From positions 1-41,452 of IMG/VR virus record IMGVR_UViG_3300032144_000028: 41,452 nucleotides of DNA, one strand, 5' to 3'. Positions 13,692-20,910 of this stretch are shown here, in pieces. The stretch's first letter is position 1. Every line of letters begins with the position of its first letter. This DNA is from a virus. The notes under the pieces are model-generated. The model saw only the letters and a list, made by a program, of their open reading frames with translations, did not search any database and was not told where the DNA came from. Position numbers and translations under genes: made by a program.

Positions 13692-14993
13692 ATGCTCAAG
13701 CACCTCTCCCGACTCGTCGCCCTGGTCCTCTGCGCCGTCGCCTGGGGCCAGGAGACCCCCCGCTACTTCGAGGTCCTGATCCCAGAGGGGAGCTCGACCG
13801 GTTTCTCGATCGACGCGAAGAGTCCCCACCAGACCCGGTACTACTCGAGCACGGCCGGACTCGAGCGCGTCGTCGGGCAGAGCCTCGGCGGGATCCCGCC
13901 CGAGCAGCTCGAAGGCGCCCGGGTCGCGGTGCGCGCGAGCCTGCGCGCCCAGGCCGCCCCGGGCTCCTTCTGGCTCGACCGCGGCTTCGACGGGGTGCGC
14001 TTCCGCGGGGCGGGCCTCGACCGCTCCCGCCTCCGGGCGCCGCCGGGCACCGACCAGACGGTGCTGGTCGACCGCCACCAGGGCGCCGTCCTCCTCGAGG
14101 CCGTCACGGTCCACGCCGGGCCGCGCCAGGCGGTCTTCTTCGGCCTCGAGCACAAGGGCGATCCGATCCTCGACCGCTTCGAGCTGCTCATGCGCGACGC
14201 CAAGGTCGTCGCGGACCCCCCGACGGACGGGAACCCCCACTCCACCGTCTGGGGGCTCTTCGCGTACCAGGCGGACGTCACCCTCGAGCGGGTCGAGCTC
14301 GACCTCCTCTTCTCGGCCGAGCACGCCTCCTACTGGCACGGCTTCGCGAAGTACGGCCTGCGGTGGAAGAACGTCAAGGCGCGCGCCGGCGCCGAGGTCT
14401 GCAAGGTCCGGAGCAGCCCCAGCGAGACGGACTGGGTCGCCGGCGCGACGATCGAGCTGCGGGGGTGCCGGATCGAGGACTGGTTCCACCCGGAGAGGTC
14501 CTGGCGCGGCGGGGCCGGGCTCGTGGTCCAGGGTTCGGGCTGCGCTGTGCTGGTCGAGCGCTGCGTCTTCCTCGGCAACGCCGGCAACCGCTCGCGCTGC
14601 ATCATGGTCGACGACTCCGGCGGGGACTTCTTCGGCTACCCCTCGGGCGCGGTGGGCGTCGGGGCCGCCAACGGCCCGGTGGTCGTGCGCGACTCGGGGC
14701 TCTTCGGCGGGCCGGCGCTCGACTCCGGGCTCGCGATCCTGGCCCGGGTCGGCAACTTCGCGGGCTCGTCGCGGCCGTGCGCCCCGCGCGTCCGCTTCTC
14801 CCGCTGCGCCCTGATCGGCGCCGGCGTGCAGCTCCAGCTGGGGGACGTCCCCGCCGGCAAGACCCGCGTGGTCGGCTGCAACACCGAGGCGATCCTCGAG
14901 CTCGTGAAGGGACTCGGGTACCCCTACGAGCCCGAGGGCGTGATCGCGCTCCGGGACCGCCTGGCGAAGATCTCCGAGGGCCTGGTGCGGTAG
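13692..14993 (+). CDS. Secreted protein with signal peptide; possible parallel beta-helix (glycanase-like) fold
   Basis: ATG 13692, 433 aa. N-terminus MLKHLSRLVALVLCAVAWGQETP. The C-terminal half is repetitive and Cys/Gly/Asn-rich (...GCAVLVERCVFLGNAGNRSRCIMVDD...VVVRDSGLFGG...VRFSRCALIGAG...). The fold call is tentative. Confidence 0.6.
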   Translation: MLKHLSRLVALVLCAVAWGQETPRYFEVLIPEGSSTGFSIDAKSPHQTRYYSSTAGLERVVGQSLGGIPPEQLEGARVAVRASLRAQAAPGSFWLDRGFDGVRFRGAGLDRSRLRAPPGTDQTVLVDRHQGAVLLEAVTVHAGPRQAVFFGLEHKGDPILDRFELLMRDAKVVADPPTDGNPHSTVWGLFAYQADVTLERVELDLLFSAEHASYWHGFAKYGLRWKNVKARAGAEVCKVRSSPSETDWVAGATIELRGCRIEDWFHPERSWRGGAGLVVQGSGCAVLVERCVFLGNAGNRSRCIMVDDSGGDFFGYPSGAVGVGAANGPVVVRDSGLFGGPALDSGLAILARVGNFAGSSRPCAPRVRFSRCALIGAGVQLQLGDVPAGKTRVVGCNTEAILELVKGLGYPYEPEGVIALRDRLAKISEGLVR

Positions 14994-15020
14994 CCTGTCC
15001 GGGTCCCCAAGGAGACCTCC

Positions 15021-15236
15021 ATGACCGAGAAGCACGATAGCACCACCTTTCAGAGCGGGGAGGGGAAGCTGACGCTGGCCGGCGTCGTGACGAGCGTCGT
15101 CGCCCTGGCCGCGGACAACGCCCAGGCCCTGAACCTCGACTCCGGCGAGCGGAAGATCGTCCTCCTGGGTGCCATCGCCCAGGTGGTCGTCCTGACGATC
15201 GCGCGGACCGTCCTGAAGGTCCTGCGCCGGGCCTAG
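15021..15236 (+). CDS. Small membrane protein (holin-like, two hydrophobic segments)
   Basis: ATG 15021 preceded by AAGGAGA, 71 aa. ...LTLAGVVTSVVALAA...IVLLGAIAQVVVLTIARTVLKVLRRA*. Confidence 0.55.
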   Translation: MTEKHDSTTFQSGEGKLTLAGVVTSVVALAADNAQALNLDSGERKIVLLGAIAQVVVLTIARTVLKVLRRA

Positions 15237-15727
15237 CCCGCCGGCGGCGGGCTGCTCCCCTTCGGGCGCCGGCGCCGCGCCGGGGCGGGCCCGTCCTCGG
15301 CGTCCTCGTCGGAGGCGAAGGGGAGCGGCGGCTGCACGACCTTGGCGTGCAGGTCGAGCTCGAGCGCTTCCCCGTCGACGGCGGCCAGGAGGAACTCGAG
15401 GAGCTCGCGCGGCTCGCGGACGTCCTCGCGGGCGAGCACGAGCGCGAGCACGACCTTGGGCTTCTCGTCGTCGCCGGTCGGCAGGACGAGCTTCGCCCCG
15501 CGGAGCTTGACGATCCCCTTCCAGGAGGCCTCGCCGTCCTCCCAGGAGAGCTCGACCTCGACGGCCTCGCCGGCGGACGCGGCCGCGAAGGCGAGGACCT
15601 TCGACGGGGTCGGCCCGGAGTAGACGAGGGGGAACGCGACCTGGGTAACGCGAGACTCTCCGCCGGTCGCGGGGAGCGAGAGACTCGCAGACTGCGCCCG
15701 GACGGGCGCTTCGAGGCTGGACACCAT
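15233..15727 (-). CDS. Hypothetical protein
   Basis: 164 aa with balanced composition (K, E, V, L rich), unlike the overlapping + frame ORFs. ATG 15727 has TACGAT 7 nt upstream. Its stop shares the tetranucleotide CTAG with the stop of 15021..15236. Confidence 0.55.
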   Translation of the reverse strand: MVSSLEAPVRAQSASLSLPATGGESRVTQVAFPLVYSGPTPSKVLAFAAASAGEAVEVELSWEDGEASWKGIVKLRGAKLVLPTGDDEKPKVVLALVLAREDVREPRELLEFLLAAVDGEALELDLHAKVVQPPLPFASDEDAEDGPAPARRRRPKGSSPPPAG

Positions 15728-15734
15728 GGGGAGG

Positions 15735-15740
15735 ATCGTA
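15735..15740 (-). promoter_or_regulatory. -10-like hexamer TACGAT, 7 nt upstream of ATG 15727 (leaderless-type start)
   Basis: The minus strand reads ...gcggtTACGATcctccccATG, with no Shine-Dalgarno sequence. Confidence 0.4.
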
Positions 15741-15745
15741 ACCGC

Positions 15746-15773
15746 TTGAACGGGGGGGCGGGGTCCCTATGCT
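15746..15773 (+). promoter_or_regulatory. Sigma70-like promoter candidate TTGAAC-N16-TATGCT
   Basis: TTGAAC at 15746-15751, a 16-nt G-rich spacer, then TATGCT at 15768-15773. It lies 58 nt upstream of ATG 15832, at the head of a + strand gene block that follows a minus-strand gene. Confidence 0.45.
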
Positions 15774-15831
15774 CCTCGGTCGAGCCCCACCCCGTCCCGC
15801 CGACCCTCCCGAGCCCCCACCAGAGACCTCG

Positions 15832-16269
15832 ATGAGCTTCGTCTACCAGCGCCCCAAGGAGCTGCTCGCGACGGCGGCCCTCAACCTGGGCACCGCGGAC
15901 CTGCGCGTCGCCCTGGTGATGACCAACACCACGACGGACACGGAGAAGGCCGCCAACACCTTCGCCGGCTTCACCACGCTCGACGAGTGCGACGGGGCGA
16001 ACTACGCCCGCGTCGACCTCGCCGGCGTGACGACCGTCCGGGACGACGGGAACCTGATCGTCTACCTCGACGCGAACGACGCCGTCTTCACCAACCTGGG
16101 CGCGGGGACGCGGCAGAACCAGGCGGCGCTGCTCCACGTGCACAATGCGACGCCCGGCCTCGAGGTCCCGGTGGCCTTCATCGACACGGGCGGGTTCCCC
16201 TTCGACGGCACCGGCGCGAACAACACGATCCAGTGGGCCGCGCTGGGGATCCTCCAGCTGACCGGCTGA
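15832..16269 (+). CDS. Hypothetical protein (tail-fibre-cluster associated)
   Basis: ATG 15832 (the track ORF starts at 15769 with a Pro-rich extension), 145 aa. ...ADLRVALVMTNTTTDTEKAANTFAGFTTLDECDGANYARVDLAGVTTVRDDGNLIVYLDANDAVFTNLGAGTRQNQAALL... Confidence 0.6.
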   Translation: MSFVYQRPKELLATAALNLGTADLRVALVMTNTTTDTEKAANTFAGFTTLDECDGANYARVDLAGVTTVRDDGNLIVYLDANDAVFTNLGAGTRQNQAALLHVHNATPGLEVPVAFIDTGGFPFDGTGANNTIQWAALGILQLTG

Positions 16270-16295
16270 CGGCCGGCTGAGGGCCGAGGCTCCCC

Positions 16296-18815
16296 GTGGC
16301 GCTCGACTACGGGATGCGGGTCGTCCACTTCCGACCCGGCATCGGCGAGATCTACGAGCGGGACCTGATCTCGGCCCACGCGACGACGCCGGCGACGGCC
16401 GGCACCTTCACGATCACCGTCGACGGGCAGACGACGGCCGGGATCGCCTTCGACGCCCTGCCCTCGGCCGTGCAGTCGGCCCTCGAGGCCCTGAGCAACG
16501 TCGCGCCGGGCGACGTCGCCTGCTCGATGCTCTCCGGCACCGACCTGGGCGACGCCGGCGCGGTCCTGGTGATCGTCTGGGGCGGGGCCTTCGCCGGCGT
16601 CGACCCGGTCGTGACGGCGAACTTCGCGGGGCTCACGGGGAACCCGCACACCTTCGAGGCCCGCCTGCGCCAGGTCATCCGGATCCCCTCCGGCTACGGC
16701 GCCGACAAGACGATCCTCGCCGCTCGCTTTCGCATGGGCGGGGCCGCGGCCCTGGACACGATCGAGGCCACCGCGCGGATGTTCCTCGGCGTCGCGGACG
16801 CGACCAGCCAGTTCTCCCTGAGCTCGTCGGCCGAGGACAACGTCCTCCCCTCTTCCGCGAACGCCGGTTACCAGGTCGACACGGACTCCGTGCTGCGCAC
16901 GCCGACCGGGCACTGCTCCCGGATCGAGTTCGCCACCGGCGACGGTTCGGTCGAGGTCTCCTGGCGCGGGACCCTGCCCAACCTCCGAGCCTCGGTGGCC
17001 CTGTGGTTCGGGGACGACCTCGAGGCCAAGGTGGGCACCGTCGCCGGCTCGTCCACCCAGGACGCCTCCGTCGACTTCGACCCGGACTTCGCGAACGACC
17101 CGGTCCTCGTCGAGGTTTTCTCGGTGGGCCAGGCCTTCTCCGCCAACGGCTCCGGGAACGAGGCCATGATCTCGGCGGGCTCCGCCGGCCGAGCCTCCTC
17201 CACGATCACGAGCTCGTGCTTCGTCGTCTGCGCCGAGCACCAGCAGAGCCCGAGCTCCTCCGGGCTCGTTGGCGTCTCGGGTAGGAGCGCGGTCCGCCTG
17301 ACGAGCAACGGCGGGACGGTCACCCAGGGGGCCGGGCTCGAGGTGACGAAGATGCTCGCCGGGGAGCTCGAGTTCACCACCCGGGACGCGGCCGAGTCGC
17401 TCTCGGCGATGTTCCTCGTCGTGGCTGTCCCCGGCGGGGTGCGCGGGGTCTCGATCGCCGAGACGCAGGCCGTCGGCACGACCGGCGTGAAGAACTTCGA
17501 CTCGGTTGGCTTCCTGCCCATGGCGTGCGGCGTCGCGTCGGGCCGCACGGCCTCCGTTGGGACGGTCGGCTCCGGGCAGGGGAACCTGAGCTACGGCGCC
17601 GCCGACGGGACCTCCCAGGGGTGCTCGGGCTGGCGCGCGCGCGACAACCAGACCTCGAGCACGGAGACGCAGTCGATCACCTCGGAGACCCGCCTGGTCG
17701 ACGTGCTCGACGGGGACGCGGCCCACGACTGGATCGGCGTCTTCGACGGCTTCACCGAGGACGGGTTCGACGTCGACGTCACCGACGCGGCCGGCGGCTC
17801 GCGCGTCGTCTGCTACTGGGCTCTCGAGAAGCTCGTCCGCGTGGACCCCGACCCGGTCGAGCTCGACCTGGTCCTGCCCGCGCCCGCGATCCTGGTCGAG
17901 CTCGACCCGACCCCGGTCGGGCTCCCGCTCGTGCTGCCCGCGCCGGCGCTCCTGGCGACGCTCACGCCGGCGCCGGTCGACCTGGCCCTCGCCCTACCCG
18001 CGCCCCAGCTCCTCTCGACCGAGACGCCCGCGCCGGTGGAGCTGCCCCTGGTCCTGCCGGCGCCGGCGCTGCTCGTCACGCTGACGCCGGCGCCCGTCGA
18101 GCTCGCCCTGGTGCTCCCTGCGCCCGCGCTCCTGGTCGAGCTCGAGCCCGACCCCGTCGACCTGGCGCTCGTCCTCCCCGCGCCGCAGCTCCTCGCGACG
18201 GAGACGCCGGCGCCGATCGAGCTCGAGCTCGTCCTTCCGGCCCCCACGGTGCTCGAGGCCGGCGAGCAGTCGCCCTTCCCCGTCGAGCTCGACCTGGTCC
18301 TGCCGGCGCCGGCGCTGCTCGTCACGCTGACGCCGGCGCCCGTCGAGCTCGCCCTGGTGCTCCCCGCGCCGGCGCTCCTGGTCGAGCTCGAGCCCGACCC
18401 CGTCGACCTGGCGCTCGTCCTCCCGGCCCCGCAGCTCCTCGTCTCGGAGACGCCGGCGCCGGTCGAGCTCGTGCTGGTCCTCCCGGCGCCGACCCTGATC
18501 CTCGCCGAGGCGGAGACCCCCGCCCCGGTCGAGCTCGCGCTCGCGCTCCCCCCGCCGGCGCGCCTGCTCGAGCTCACGCCGGCCGCGGCCGTGCTCTCGC
18601 TGGTGGTCCCCGCGACGCAGGTCCTCGGCGTCCTCACCCCGGCCTCGGTCGAGCTCGCGCTCGTGGTTCCGAGCCCCTTCCTCGGGCGCCGGGTCGGGAT
18701 CGAGCTCGTCGCCGAGGTCCACCGATCCGCCTCGGCGACGGCCGAGACGGCCCGGGACTTGAGCCTCGTCGCGCCGACCCCGCGCGCGCTCGAACTCGCG
18801 GCGTCCCTGGAGTAG
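16296..18815 (+). CDS. Large repeat-containing structural (fibre-like) protein
   Basis: GTG 16296, 839 aa. A ~515-aa Ser/Thr/Gly/Ala-rich globular part is followed by 14 tandem 20-residue repeats (consensus TPAPVELxLVLPAPxLLxxL) and a ~40-aa tail. Confidence 0.75.
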   Translation: MALDYGMRVVHFRPGIGEIYERDLISAHATTPATAGTFTITVDGQTTAGIAFDALPSAVQSALEALSNVAPGDVACSMLSGTDLGDAGAVLVIVWGGAFAGVDPVVTANFAGLTGNPHTFEARLRQVIRIPSGYGADKTILAARFRMGGAAALDTIEATARMFLGVADATSQFSLSSSAEDNVLPSSANAGYQVDTDSVLRTPTGHCSRIEFATGDGSVEVSWRGTLPNLRASVALWFGDDLEAKVGTVAGSSTQDASVDFDPDFANDPVLVEVFSVGQAFSANGSGNEAMISAGSAGRASSTITSSCFVVCAEHQQSPSSSGLVGVSGRSAVRLTSNGGTVTQGAGLEVTKMLAGELEFTTRDAAESLSAMFLVVAVPGGVRGVSIAETQAVGTTGVKNFDSVGFLPMACGVASGRTASVGTVGSGQGNLSYGAADGTSQGCSGWRARDNQTSSTETQSITSETRLVDVLDGDAAHDWIGVFDGFTEDGFDVDVTDAAGGSRVVCYWALEKLVRVDPDPVELDLVLPAPAILVELDPTPVGLPLVLPAPALLATLTPAPVDLALALPAPQLLSTETPAPVELPLVLPAPALLVTLTPAPVELALVLPAPALLVELEPDPVDLALVLPAPQLLATETPAPIELELVLPAPTVLEAGEQSPFPVELDLVLPAPALLVTLTPAPVELALVLPAPALLVELEPDPVDLALVLPAPQLLVSETPAPVELVLVLPAPTLILAEAETPAPVELALALPPPARLLELTPAAAVLSLVVPATQVLGVLTPASVELALVVPSPFLGRRVGIELVAEVHRSASATAETARDLSLVAPTPRALELAASLE
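17844..18695 (+). repeat. In-frame tandem array, 14 units of ~60 bp (20 aa; two units are 22 aa)
   Basis: Units read off the translation: DPDPVELDLVLPAPAILVEL / DPTPVGLPLVLPAPALLATL / TPAPVDLALALPAPQLLSTE / TPAPVELPLVLPAPALLVTL / ... / TPASVELALVVPSPFLGRRV. Confidence 0.85.
18024..18515 (+). repeat. Higher-order duplication: two 246-bp (4-unit) copies
   Basis: 18048-18196 and 18294-18442 are nearly identical at the DNA level (offset 246 bp, a handful of substitutions). The encoded LVLPAPALLVTLTPAPVELALVLPAPALLVELEPDPVDLALVLPAPQLL occurs twice verbatim. Confidence 0.85.
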
Positions 18816-18827
18816 CCTCGGGCCCGC

Positions 18828-19268
18828 GTGAGCTGCAAGCTGCCTCGCCTGGTCCTCGGCTCCCGGAACGCCCGGATCGCGTTCCAGGTGAAGGAGCGGA
18901 ACGCGCAGGGGAAGCTCGTCCCGGTGGACCTGACGGCGGCCGCGACCCCGCCCGGGTACGTGACGGCCTACTTCCGCAAGCCCAGCGGGGCCCTCGTCAT
19001 GGTCCCCTGCGAGGTCGAGTCGCCGGCCTCGAACGGCGTCGCGCGCTACCTGACGGAGCCCGGCTTCCTGGACGAGTTCGGGGACTGGGAGGCCCAGGCG
19101 CACGTGCACCTCGCCGGCGCCCCGGCCCTCGGCTTCGGCCTCTTCGTCTCGGAGGTCGTGCGCTTCGTCGTCGTCGAGCAGCTCCGGCCCTTCTCCCCCG
19201 CGGACGAGCCCTTCCCCGTGGCCGCCACCCTCCTCCCCCTGGCCCTTCCCCAACCCACCGTCTCGTGA
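18828..19268 (+). CDS. Hypothetical tail-associated protein, possibly Ig-like (BppU_N-like) domain
   Basis: GTG 18828, 146 aa. ...IAFQVKERNAQGKLVPVDLTAAATPPGYVTAYFRKPSGALVMVPCEVESPASNGVARYLTEPGFLDEFGDWEAQAHV... Ends with ...EPFPVAATLLPLALPQPTVS*. Confidence 0.5.
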   Translation: MSCKLPRLVLGSRNARIAFQVKERNAQGKLVPVDLTAAATPPGYVTAYFRKPSGALVMVPCEVESPASNGVARYLTEPGFLDEFGDWEAQAHVHLAGAPALGFGLFVSEVVRFVVVEQLRPFSPADEPFPVAATLLPLALPQPTVS

Positions 19269-19651
19269 GAACCACCGCCCTCCTCCTCCTCGCCCTGCTC
19301 GCCGCCTGCGCCGGCCCCTCGAACGGCCTCGTGGCCCACGTCACCTCGAGCGGCGTCGGCGACGCGAGGACCGACGGCGACGTCGTCGTGGTCGTCGGCG
19401 ACGTCTCGGCCGCGCTGGGCGTGCGCACGCTCTCCGGGCTCCCGATCTTCCTCGTGCCCCCGATGCCGCTCGACCGCGCCGAGTGGTACGTGCGCAGCGG
19501 CGAGCGGGGCTACGAGCGCCGCGCCCCGCTCGCCGAGCCCCTGCCCCACTGGGTGCGCCCGCTCTACCTCGACGCCGAGCTCGAGCGCCTGCAGGGGCTC
19601 GGCATCTTCCTCGCCTTCGACCCGCCGCCGCCCCTCGACCCCGAGCAGTGA
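19265..19651 (+). CDS. Lipoprotein
   Basis: GTG 19265 in a GTGA overlap, 128 aa. N-terminus VRTTALLLLALLAACAGPSNG has a hydrophobic core plus the lipobox LAAC. It is the last 128 codons of the long track ORF 17525..19651. Confidence 0.6.
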   Translation: MRTTALLLLALLAACAGPSNGLVAHVTSSGVGDARTDGDVVVVVGDVSAALGVRTLSGLPIFLVPPMPLDRAEWYVRSGERGYERRAPLAEPLPHWVRPLYLDAELERLQGLGIFLAFDPPPPLDPEQ

Positions 19652-19689
19652 TCGGCCGACGCCCCTCCCGAGCCCCTGGAGCTCCTCCC

Positions 19690-20895
19690 ATGGACGTCCT
19701 CATGCTGGCCTGGGACGACGTCTCCCGGGTCGACGCCACCCCCGAGGTCTGCCCGTCCCTGGCCGCGTTCCGCGCGCAGGGCCTCGACCTGCGCCTCGCC
19801 TTCGCCAACCCGGTCTGTTCCCAGTCTCGCGCGGTCGTGACCTTCGGCGCCCAGGGGCGGACGCTGGGGATCCTGCTGGCCATGAACCCCGAGGAGCCGG
19901 ACGGGCCGATCCCGCCGGCCTCCTGGCCGACCCTCCCCGGAGTGCTCGCGGGCGCCGGCTACGCGACGGCGCTGGTCGGGAAGTGGCACCTCGGTCGCGC
20001 GCCGAGCGGCGCCCAGCCAGCCATGGCGCCGATCGAGCGGGGCTACCAGACCTGGCTCGCCGGCACGCTCGCGAACCTGGCGCCGCCCGACCCGCCGCTG
20101 GGCCTCCCGAGCTACCGCCGCTGGCTGCGGCACGACGCGACCGCCGCCGGATGGACGGCGGCCGAGGAGACGAAGTACGCGACCCTCGCCCAGGTCGAAG
20201 AGGCGGAGGCCTGGTGGGTCGCCAACGCCGGCGCCCCGCGCTTTCTCCACGTGTCCCTGAACGAGCCCCATGGGCCCTTCACGCTCGGGATCCCCTCCGA
20301 GCTGCTCGCCGGCTGGCCCGCCCCGACGACCATGTCGAACACGCGCGCGCGCTTCCTGGCGAAGCTCCGCGCCGCCGACGTCGTCCTGGGCCGCCTGCTC
20401 GCGCTCCCCGGCGTCGAGGATGCCCTCGTCTTGCTCTACGCGGACAACGGCACCGCGTCCCACGCGGCCGGGCCGACCGAGGATCCCGAGAAGCTGAAGA
20501 CCACCACCTTCGAGGGCGGGATCCACGTCCCGGCGGCCTCGCGCTACCCCGGCGGCCCGGTCGGCGGCTCCTACGGCCAGCTCGTGCACCTGGTCGACCT
20601 CCCGCGCTTCGTGCTCGAGACCCTCGGCGTCCCGGTCCCCGCCGAGTGGGACGGTGTCACCCAGCCGCCCCGGACGCACGTGATCGCCGAGGCCGAGCTC
20701 GCCGACGGGACGCTCGAGCAGTGCGCGCGCATCGCCGACTGGAAGCTGCGCGCGCGCACCCCGCCCGGGGGCACCAAGCTCGAGGAGCTCTACGACCTCG
20801 CGAACGACCCGAGCGAGGTCTCCCCGGTGCCGCTCGGCCAGGCGAACCCGACGCTGCTCGCCGGGCTGCGCTCGGTGCTCTATCCGGCCCCCTGA
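19690..20895 (+). CDS. Sulfatase-family (alkaline phosphatase superfamily) protein with a non-canonical CSQSR active-site motif
   Basis: ATG 19690, 401 aa. Ordered landmarks: MLAWDD, PVCSQSR (Cys codon 19816-19818), GKWHLG, LNEPHGPF, YADNGT, EGGIHVPA, LVDLPRFVLETLGVP, LYDLANDPSEV. No signal peptide. Confidence 0.75.
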   Translation: MDVLMLAWDDVSRVDATPEVCPSLAAFRAQGLDLRLAFANPVCSQSRAVVTFGAQGRTLGILLAMNPEEPDGPIPPASWPTLPGVLAGAGYATALVGKWHLGRAPSGAQPAMAPIERGYQTWLAGTLANLAPPDPPLGLPSYRRWLRHDATAAGWTAAEETKYATLAQVEEAEAWWVANAGAPRFLHVSLNEPHGPFTLGIPSELLAGWPAPTTMSNTRARFLAKLRAADVVLGRLLALPGVEDALVLLYADNGTASHAAGPTEDPEKLKTTTFEGGIHVPAASRYPGGPVGGSYGQLVHLVDLPRFVLETLGVPVPAEWDGVTQPPRTHVIAEAELADGTLEQCARIADWKLRARTPPGGTKLEELYDLANDPSEVSPVPLGQANPTLLAGLRSVLYPAP

Positions 20896-20910
20896 GGCGG
20901 CGGGGCGCCC

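Noticed and set aside
18048-18442. Near-identical 149-bp copies considered as a diversity-generating retroelement template/variable repeat pair
   Set aside because: The few mismatches are not adenine-specific (t/c, c/g, g/c, a/g). Both copies are inside the same gene, and no reverse transcriptase ORF exists anywhere on the circle.
17844-18695. Regular 60-bp repeat array considered as a possible CRISPR array
   Set aside because: The repeats are contiguous with no unique spacers. They are in frame within a long ORF and conserved at the protein level (TPAPVELxLVLPAPxLL). No cas genes are present.
17525-19264. Upstream 580 codons of the 708-aa + ORF 17525..19651
   Set aside because: This part is off-frame over the repeat protein and the 18828 gene and is Arg/Pro/Gly/Ala-rich. 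Only the terminal lipoprotein-like 128 codons, from GTG 19265, look real.
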